IMG/VR virus record: IMGVR_UViG_3300021408_000004
Coordinates: 2,983 to 66,982 of that record
Source of the DNA: a virus
Reading direction: 5' to 3' (one strand)
DNA: 64,000 bases
Part shown: in pieces, positions 57,281 through 64,000 of the stretch
Layout: every line of letters starts with the position of its first letter
How positions within the stretch are numbered: the first letter of the stretch is position 1
Position numbers and translations under genes: made by a program
Notes under the pieces: model-generated
Told to the model about the DNA's origin: nothing
What the model saw: the letters and a program-made list of their open reading frames with translations, nothing else
Databases searched by the model: none

Positions 57281-57875
57281 AGCGGGTGGCCTCCTGGGTG
57301 ATGAGCTGGCCGTAGGCGGCCCGGCCGGTCGGGGTGAGGTGGACGCCGTCGGCGCCGATGTACTCGGGCCGGGCGACGGTGGCCCAGTCCGCGACGTGCT
57401 CGCCGCGGCCGGCGGCGAACGCCGTCAGCCACTGACGGAACCGGGTGATGCCGGCGGCGTAGGCCGGGTCGGTGCCGTAGTAGGCGGGCAGGATCCAGCA
57501 CACGGTGGCATCGGGGTGCGGGGTGTTGGCCAGGCGGGTGACCTGCTGGGCGTCGGTGGTGGTCCAGCCGTCGCCGATCAGGGTGGGGTCGGTGTGGTCG
57601 GCGGCGTCGTTCTGGCCGAGCACGATGACGACGGTTCGGGGGGAGCGGGCCGGGTCGGCCACGCGCTGGTCGAGGCCGGGCTGGGCGTCTTCGGCCTGCC
57701 ACCCGAGCATGGAGTGGACGTCGTAGCCGGGGAGGTGGCCGTCGAGGAGGGTGGTCATGGTGAGGCTGTCGCCCACGATGGTGACCACGTTGGCGGGCGG
57801 CGGCGGGGGGTCGCAGGCGGTCGACCCGAGGGCGGTGGTGGCCACGGCCATGACGATGGAAGCGAAGCGGCGCAT
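57273..57875 (-). CDS. SGNH/GDSL hydrolase lipoprotein
   Basis: Lipobox STAC; GDSL, LGQND, DGVHL blocks. Confidence 0.85.
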   Translation of the reverse strand: MRRFASIVMAVATTALGSTACDPPPPPANVVTIVGDSLTMTTLLDGHLPGYDVHSMLGWQAEDAQPGLDQRVADPARSPRTVVIVLGQNDAADHTDPTLIGDGWTTTDAQQVTRLANTPHPDATVCWILPAYYGTDPAYAAGITRFRQWLTAFAAGRGEHVADWATVARPEYIGADGVHLTPTGRAAYGQLITQEATRCG

Positions 57876-58802
57876 CAGTCGGTGCCGCCGTCGATGCGGT
57901 CGGCGAGAGCGCGGATGCGGTCGCCGAGGTTGTCCTGGATGCGACGGATGACGCGCTGGTGGTAGGGCGGTCGGGGGTAGCGGGAGACCGCCAGGGCGTT
58001 GGCGCAGTTGTCGATGGCGTCGACCAGGGCCGTCGAGAAGTCGACGCCACCGCGCCGGACCTGCACGCTGGGGAACAGGTCGTCGTCGGCCTCGTCCCAG
58101 AGGTCGGCGGCCCTACGGAGGCGGGCAATGAACGCCGGGATGTCGCCGGGGATGCCGTCGTCTTCCAGGGCTATGACCGCGGCAGCGGAGCGCAGCAGGT
58201 CGGCGACGGGGTCCGTCATGATGGTGTACAGGGCGGCGTCGGCGGGCGCCGACAGTCCGCCCTCGGCGGTCAGGGTCTGGGCCTCGGTGGGCTCGGTGGG
58301 GTCGTCAGGCATCGGGGGTTCCGTAGATGGTGCCGGCGGAGTGGCCGTAGAGGCGGGCGTGGGCGGCGTCCAGGCAGGAGTCAGCGGCGGCGCCCAGCTC
58401 GGCGCGCTGGTCGTCGGTGAGCTGGCAGCCGTTGAGGGCGTCCACCACCATCGGGAGGATGCGGACCAGGGTGGCCTCCAGCTCGACCGGTGAGCCGGCG
58501 GGGACATCGGTCGGCCCCGGGTCGCGGACCGGGGGCATGGCGGCGTCCTGGCCGGGGAGCAAGGCGTAGCTCGTGCGGTCCAGAGCGGCCGTGAAGGCGC
58601 CGCCCCAGGCCTGGAGAGCGTCGGCCGGGGGCTGGGTGGTCACGGTGAGGTTGGGGACCATGCCGGGGATCACCAGCAGGTTGACGGCGGCGGTGGTCGC
58701 GGGGTCGAGCCCCAGCGCGGTGATGAGCGCCAGGTTGAGCTGCTCGACGTCGTAGCCGGCGTCGATGTGCTCGCGGTCGGCCGGGGTGGGCGTGGTGGAC
58801 AC
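57875..58802 (-). other. Two hypothetical genes (57875-58312, 58305-58802)
   Basis: Protein-like composition, RBS and overlap. Confidence 0.55.
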
Positions 58803-58890
58803 GTGGTCTCCTGGGTCGGGGGTTGAGGGTTGGCCCGGCGCCGCCCCGGGGGGAACCGGGCGGGGGCGCTCGGGCCAACCAGCGGGTACG

Positions 58891-59295
58891 TTACCGCGGT
58901 ACCGCGGTCAAGTCCAGTATTTCGCCCACGAGCTGGTCGAGGTCGTAGGCGACGACGACCGCTGACGCGTGGTCGTCGACGGTGCGGCGCACATCGGACC
59001 AGGTAGCCACCCAGCTGACGTCGGAGCCGCCGGTGATCATGGCGTAGCCCCGGCGCGGCGGGTCGGCCTGGACGGCCAGGGCGGCGTCAGCGAGCGCCGG
59101 GAACGGGGAGCCGCTGCGCCCGGTGCCGGGGTAGGCGGCGGCCAGCTGGAACGCGAGCGCGAGGCGGACGACCTCGGCCGGCGACCACATGCGCCGGTGA
59201 CCCGATCCGTGCGAGTCGCCCCGGACGCGGGCGGCGTGATCCAGCTGCCGGTAGGTGCAGCCGACAGCCTCGGCGGTCTGCGGTGTCGTCATCAC
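58891..59295 (-). CDS. MerR-like HTH regulator
   Basis: TAEAVGCTYRQLDH..R.....GSG.RR.WS..EV..L; TAACGT -10 seven nt before GTG. Confidence 0.7.
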   Translation of the reverse strand: MMTTPQTAEAVGCTYRQLDHAARVRGDSHGSGHRRMWSPAEVVRLALAFQLAAAYPGTGRSGSPFPALADAALAVQADPPRRGYAMITGGSDVSWVATWSDVRRTVDDHASAVVVAYDLDQLVGEILDLTAVPR

Positions 59296-59327
59296 GTGAT
59301 GAACGTTACCGCGGTGCCTACCGTGGG

Positions 59328-60044
59328 TTACGGATGGTGACCATTTCCGCCCTCGCCGTTGCCGGCAAGAGCAGCGGTGAGGCGGGCCGGGTCGGTCTCG
59401 GCGCGGGCGGCGCGGATGGCGTCGAGGTGCTGGGTGATCTTGTCGATCGCGGGGGTCGCGTCGATCACGATGGGGCCGCCGTCGGCGCCGGTGACCTCGA
59501 CGCGGGTCGAGCCGAAGTCGGCCGGCCACCGGTGCGCGAGGAGCCACTGCACCATGCGCCCGTCGGGGGCCTCTTCGATGGTGCGCGTGACGCGCTCGAC
59601 CTCGACCGGGTCAGCGACCGCCACCTTGTCGACCGTGGGGGTGATCGTCTTCACGGTCACCTCGGTGCGGGTCAGGCCGCCGGAGGCGAGACCGTCGGCG
59701 ATCCCGAGGAGCTTCATGCGGGCGTCGGTCTCGGCCCGATCCATGCGGGCCGTCAGCACCATGCACAGCTTCACGTGACGGGACATCTCCGAGCGGCGCC
59801 GGGTGCCCTCGGTGATCTCGTACAGGCCTTTGCTGCCCTCTTGGCGCCAGCGGCGGAGCGTCTCGACCGACACGCCGACCTTTGCGGCGGCGTCGTGCAG
59901 GAACCCGCCCATGCCCATGGTCTCGACGACGACGTCGATCACCGTCCGGCGCACCTGCTCGCCTTCGACGAGGTCATAGCGGACGATGGCGTTGAGGTTC
60001 GTGGGTGGCGCCCCAGCTCCTGGTCGTGCTCCCCCTGCCGGCAT
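59328..60044 (-). CDS. Probable terminase small subunit
   Basis: GGARPGAG start, HTH AAAKVGVSVETLRRW, WLLAHRWP..FG and VEVTGADGGPI motifs. Confidence 0.7.
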   Translation of the reverse strand: MPAGGARPGAGAPPTNLNAIVRYDLVEGEQVRRTVIDVVVETMGMGGFLHDAAAKVGVSVETLRRWRQEGSKGLYEITEGTRRRSEMSRHVKLCMVLTARMDRAETDARMKLLGIADGLASGGLTRTEVTVKTITPTVDKVAVADPVEVERVTRTIEEAPDGRMVQWLLAHRWPADFGSTRVEVTGADGGPIVIDATPAIDKITQHLDAIRAARAETDPARLTAALAGNGEGGNGHHP

Positions 60045-60140
60045 GAGCTGGAGGGTAGCCCCGCCCCCGGGCGGGTTCACGCCGAGGCAACGACGGAACA
60101 CGCACCCCGGGGGCGTTGACGGTGGCCAGCAGGGGACCAA

Positions 60141-60251
60141 CCCTGCGTAGGGCACACGAACCGCTGCCGGGCTCACCGACTCCCACCGGAGTCCCGAAGG
60201 GGCTACAGCATCCCCAACGGTTGACCCTCTGCTCGTGTGCCCTACGCAGGG
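60141..60251. repeat. 19-bp perfect inverted repeat enclosing nested hairpins
   Basis: CCCTGCGTAGGGCACACGA at 60141-60159 and its reverse complement at 60233-60251. Confidence 0.8.
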
Positions 60252-60292
60252 CCCGGACCGGTGGCTGACGGCCCGGGCAGCCTGCGCGTGCT

Positions 60293-61322
60293 CTAGATGA
60301 TCTTGCCGTCGCGGGGCTCGTCGCGGTTGGCCCGCTCCTGCTCCTCCGGCGTCATCTCCTCTTCCTGCTCCTCGTACCAACGGCGCTTGTTGGTCTTCTC
60401 CTGCTCCTTCGACGGCCGCGGCTTGTGGTCGCGGACGTTGTCGTTGCCACCGTTGCCGTTGCCCTTTGGGGGGGGGTCGGGCAGACCCATTGCCTGACGG
60501 AGAAACCCCATGGCTACTTGCCTTTCTTGCCCTCTTCGCGGACCTTGTGCCGGTCAACGGCGGCGTTGATCTTGCCGAGCCAGCCGCGGGTCTTGTCGTC
60601 GTTCGCTGGGTTCTTCGCGGCACCGCTGGCCAGGTAGCCGAGCCCCTTCGCCACGGTCTCGTCGTCCTTCGCCTCCGTGGGCTCGTCCCCGGCGGCCTTG
60701 AACACCCCTTGTCCCATGGCGGTGCCCTACTCGCTCGGGGCCGGGAGCGGGGACGTGGGCTCGGGGAGCACGTCCAGCTCGACGTCGTCGGGGCCGTGCT
60801 CCGACTCGCTGTTGACCAGCGTGTAGCCCTCCACGCGGTACAGGGCCTCGCCCGGGCCGTTGCCGGCGTCGACGGTCTGGCCGTCGAGGAGCTGGAAGTA
60901 GCCGATGTCGGCGACGCGCTCGGGGTCGTCACGGCCGGTGCCCTCGACGTGGCCCAGCTCCAGCTCGATGGTGATCTTCATGCGCGACTCCTGGGGTGGG
61001 TGGTGATGCGGGGAACCTCCCCGTGTGGGCGACACCAGCGGTAGGGCCTCAACGGTTTCCTGACGGCACCCATAGCTGGAGTGGCCCACACGGGGCCCGG
61101 ACGGCTAGCACCACGCCCGGGCCCTGCGTGTGGCGGTCAGTCGGCTGCGACGGTCGTGAAGGCCGCCCACTCGCCGGGCTGGTAGGTGGTCTCGATGGCG
61201 CCCGACTCGTCGACGATGACCAGCTGGTGGTCGTCTCCGACGTTGCCGGAGCAGTCGGGGAACTCGTCGGTGTCGTCGGGGTCGCCGTTGTTCGGCGGGT
61301 TGGGGTGAACGCTGGTGCGCAT
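60293..61322 (-). other. Four small hypothetical genes (60293-60511, 60514-60717, 60727-60981, 61137-61322)
   Basis: RBSs, tight packing, charged compositions. Confidence 0.55.
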
Positions 61323-61358
61323 GGTCGGGGCCTTTCGGTGGGGGTGGATGATGGGGGG

Positions 61359-61757
61359 CTAGAGCTGCCGGCGGGCGGCGGCCAGGAGCTGCTCGGGGTC
61401 GGTGTGGCCCATGGTGCGGAGGCGGGCGGCGGCCAGCGGGCGGGACACCGGGGCGGCGCCGTCGATGCTGTAGGCGTAGCCGTCGCCGGCCCGCACGGTG
61501 GGCATGGTGTCGACCGTGGCGACGACGTCGGGGGCTGCGAGGAGCCAGGCGACAGCCTCGGGGACGGTCAGGGTCTCGCGGAGCCATTCCCAGGTGGCGG
61601 GGTCGGCCAGCTCGGAGAGCGGTACGCCTGGCAGCTCGCGGGCCAGGTCGATCTCGGCCGCTTGGTACCAGTCGGCGATCCCGTCGCCGACTACGGCGGC
61701 GACGGGTCGGGCGATGGCGGCGAAGATGTCGTCGGTGGGTGTGGTCGGTGAGGCCAT
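61359..61757 (-). CDS. Cassette hypothetical protein (MASPTTP...)
   Basis: ATG six nt after the -10 of a box promoter. Confidence 0.7.
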   Translation of the reverse strand: MASPTTPTDDIFAAIARPVAAVVGDGIADWYQAAEIDLARELPGVPLSELADPATWEWLRETLTVPEAVAWLLAAPDVVATVDTMPTVRAGDGYAYSIDGAAPVSRPLAAARLRTMGHTDPEQLLAAARRQL

Positions 61758-61763
61758 ACGGAA

Positions 61764-61802
61764 AGAGTACCACGGTAACGCACCGCGGTCAAGCGCGGTA
61801 AC
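61764..61802 (-). promoter_or_regulatory. GTTACCG-box family promoter, leaderless
   Basis: GTTACCGCGC-TTGACC-gcggtgcGTTACCGTGG-TACTCT-N6-ATG. Confidence 0.85.
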
Positions 61803-61813
61803 GCTGCCGGGGT

Positions 61814-62110
61814 TCAGTAGCAGCGGTTGAGGACGCCTATCCAGGTCTCGCCGACCTGGCAGGAGCGGTACTCGTCGCGGTCGACCTGGACCCACTTGTG
61901 GGGCAGCTCCGTGGCCCCGTTGACGCGCAGGTAGTAGAAGGAGATGTACTCGGGGCCGTTGGGGTCGTCGTAGCGGTTGACGCGGCGGTCGAGGACGATG
62001 CCGGCGGTCGGGGGGCGCTCGCCCGGGGGGATCGGGGAGCGGGGGTCGGTGCAGGCGCCCAGGAGGAGGGCGGTGGCGAGAGCCACGATGGCGGTCAGGC
62101 GTGCGGTCAT
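61814..62110 (-). CDS. Lipoprotein
   Basis: Lipobox LGAC; G.VLDR...WVQV....Y..CQVG. Confidence 0.7.
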   Translation of the reverse strand: MTARLTAIVALATALLLGACTDPRSPIPPGERPPTAGIVLDRRVNRYDDPNGPEYISFYYLRVNGATELPHKWVQVDRDEYRSCQVGETWIGVLNRCY

Positions 62111-62135
62111 GGGGTCAGCGTAGGCCGGACCACAG

Positions 62136-62405
62136 CTAGGCCAGTTCGGCGTCGGCGGCCACTTCCTGCTCGGCGTCGGCCAGGTCGGCGGCGTCGGCGA
62201 AGGCCCGCATGGCGTGGCCGGCGGCCGTAGCGGCACTGGCCACGGAGATCCCGAAGGCGTCGGCCAGACGCTGGCAGTTGCGACGGAACGTCCAGGAGCG
62301 CACCCAGGCGGCGGCCTCGCTGTGGCGGTAGGCCACGGCGTCGGCCAGGCGGACGTCGTCGAACACCGGCGGCGCCGGCAGCAGGTCGACGATCCGGCGG
62401 GCCAT
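62136..62405 (-). CDS. Hypothetical protein
   Basis: TGATG-coupled start at 62405. Confidence 0.5.
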   Translation of the reverse strand: MARRIVDLLPAPPVFDDVRLADAVAYRHSEAAAWVRSWTFRRNCQRLADAFGISVASAATAAGHAMRAFADAADLADAEQEVAADAELA

Positions 62406-62722
62406 CACCCGACACCCCAGCGGGAGCCGACCGGGTGCCGGTCGTAGTCGGCCTCGGTGACGTCGTGCCACTCGGTGCGCTCCTTGCCGTCGTCGCCGTA
62501 GCCCCGGATCTGGAGCGTCCAGTTGGCGGGCTCGGTGTGGTAGCTGGTGAACCACTGGCGGCACCACCCGTTCGGGTCGTAGCTGACGCAGTATTGGTCA
62601 GCGACCTGGTCGGGGTCGTCGTAGTCGCGGCCCACGACGGTGCCGCGGTCCAGCTGGTTCGGTTCCCCGCAGGCGGCGAGCGCCAGGAGAGCGGCGAGTA
62701 GGAGGCGTCGGAGGCGGGTCAT
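62405..62722 (-). CDS. Lipoprotein, probable paralogue of 61814-62110
   Basis: Lipobox LAAC; G.VVGR...WHDV....Y...PVG. Confidence 0.7.
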   Translation of the reverse strand: MTRLRRLLLAALLALAACGEPNQLDRGTVVGRDYDDPDQVADQYCVSYDPNGWCRQWFTSYHTEPANWTLQIRGYGDDGKERTEWHDVTEADYDRHPVGSRWGVG

Positions 62723-64000
62723 CGGTCGACTCCAGCGAGCAGGCGGCGGATGGGCTGGCAGGTGGTGACGTCGAGGTGGTGGGTGGCCCGGGTCGCCGCG
62801 ACGTACAGCAAGCGCAGCTCGGGCGGTGGGACAGGCTGGCCGTCGTAGTCCTGGAAGTCGGGGCCCAGCTGAACTGTGGCCCACTCGCGTCCCTTCGACT
62901 TGTGGGCGGTGGAGATCACGACGTCGGCGGCCTCCTCGGCCACCAGCCCGGTGAGCGCGTCGATCACGATCTGGGGGCCGTACTCGTCCAACATCTTCAC
63001 CATCACCCGCAGGTCGGAGCCGCCCGGGTCGTCCTCGACGTACTCCTGGACCTCGCGCCAGTCGTCGAAACACGCCAGGTCCCGGTGGCCTGACTTCTCG
63101 CCCGCCTGGAGCTTCACGGCGGCGTGGGCGAAATCGACGATGTCGTCGGTCCCACCCACCAGGTGTGGGTGCAGGCCCTGGGCCTGGAACCCGAGCAGGG
63201 CGTTGACCGCGGCGCCGTTGGAGCGGCACAGCACGGCGTCGGGGCGGGGGCAGCCCGAACGGGTGAGGTGCACCCGGGTGTCACGCCCCGGGTTGCCCTC
63301 CAGGCGCAGGGGGGCATCCAGCTCGTCGAGCAGGACGTTCGCGAGGTCGGCGAGCGCCGGCCCGAACCGCCACGACTGGGTCAGGTTGGTGCGGGGGAAC
63401 GACTCGTTCACCCGGTCGAGGGCGTCGACGGCGCCGCGCCACTCGTAGATTTGCTGGGAGCCGTCGCCCACGTAGATGACCTGCTGGCCCTGGCCGGCGG
63501 CGTGGTCGAGGGCGTCGAGCATGACCGGGCTTGCGTCCTGGGCCTCGTCAAACAGGATGTAGTCGCCGGGGATGCCGTAGCGGCTGAGGTGCCAGAGCTT
63601 CACGTAGATGTCGTGGGTGAACCGCAGCACGCCGGTGGGGCTCGTGAGGTCGGCCCAGGCGGCCTGGAGGGCGGGGAGCAGGTGCTGGGCCAGCTGCCGG
63701 TTGTTCACATAGGTGCGGCGGCCGGCGGCGTCGCGGGGGTCGATGCCGTCGAGGTACGGGAAGTGCTGGGGCCCGGGCTCGGGGTCGGCGGAGTTGCAGA
63801 ACACGCCGACGGCGCGCATGACGTGCGACGCCTGCTGGTTCGGCTGGATGATCTTGTTCCGCGGGGCGCCCTCGGGGGTGGGGATCTGGATGGACAGGGC
63901 GCCGTGGTTGAGGCCGAGGTGCTTCGCTGTCTGCCAGGGGGACACCCGGTTGTTGCCCGTGCGAGCGAGGAGGGCCCGGCCGTCGGGGTGGCCGGGCCCT
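62719..64000 (-). CDS. UvrD-like (SF1) helicase, 5' end outside the window
   Basis: ILFDEAQD, VGD..QQIYEWRGA, QSWRFG, LCRSN, TAHKSKGREW, LYVAATRA. Confidence 0.9.
   Translation of the reverse strand, partial: GPGHPDGRALLARTGNNRVSPWQTAKHLGLNHGALSIQIPTPEGAPRNKIIQPNQQASHVMRAVGVFCNSADPEPGPQHFPYLDGIDPRDAAGRRTYVNNRQLAQHLLPALQAAWADLTSPTGVLRFTHDIYVKLWHLSRYGIPGDYILFDEAQDASPVMLDALDHAAGQGQQVIYVGDGSQQIYEWRGAVDALDRVNESFPRTNLTQSWRFGPALADLANVLLDELDAPLRLEGNPGRDTRVHLTRSGCPRPDAVLCRSNGAAVNALLGFQAQGLHPHLVGGTDDIVDFAHAAVKLQAGEKSGHRDLACFDDWREVQEYVEDDPGGSDLRVMVKMLDEYGPQIVIDALTGLVAEEAADVVISTAHKSKGREWATVQLGPDFQDYDGQPVPPPELRLLYVAATRATHHLDVTTCQPIRRLLAGVDR

Noticed and set aside
1-64000. tRNA, rRNA, integrase, reverse transcriptase or DGR
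   Set aside because: None recognised by eye; the genome continues beyond both ends, so lifestyle cannot be assigned

Overview
Very GC-rich segment of a tailed dsDNA (siphovirus-like) phage or prophage, most likely of an actinobacterial host, with almost all genes on the minus strand. Left to right: replication/recombination genes (HNH, DNA methyltransferase, initiator with iterons, GIY-YIG, Gam-like, RecT-like), lysis, a dioxygenase-kinase-methyltransferase-glycosyltransferase operon, tail, separate hexamer and pentamer capsid proteins, a MuF-intein-2H-protease polyprotein, portal, about 13 kb of small accessory genes, TerL, more accessory genes, TerS and a truncated UvrD-like helicase. Two things stand out. 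(1) The intein in the MuF domain (36675-37490) has no recognisable endonuclease in its own frame, but an HTH plus DUF559/Vsr-like nuclease gene lies wholly inside it on the opposite strand, with a candidate -10 box and an RBS-occluding hairpin. (2) A dispersed family of near-identical GTTACCG-box promoters drives leaderless genes, several with terminators and shared 5' ends, that look like exchangeable cassettes. All product calls come from motif recognition by eye; no database searches were run. No integrase, tRNA or CRISPR array was recognised.
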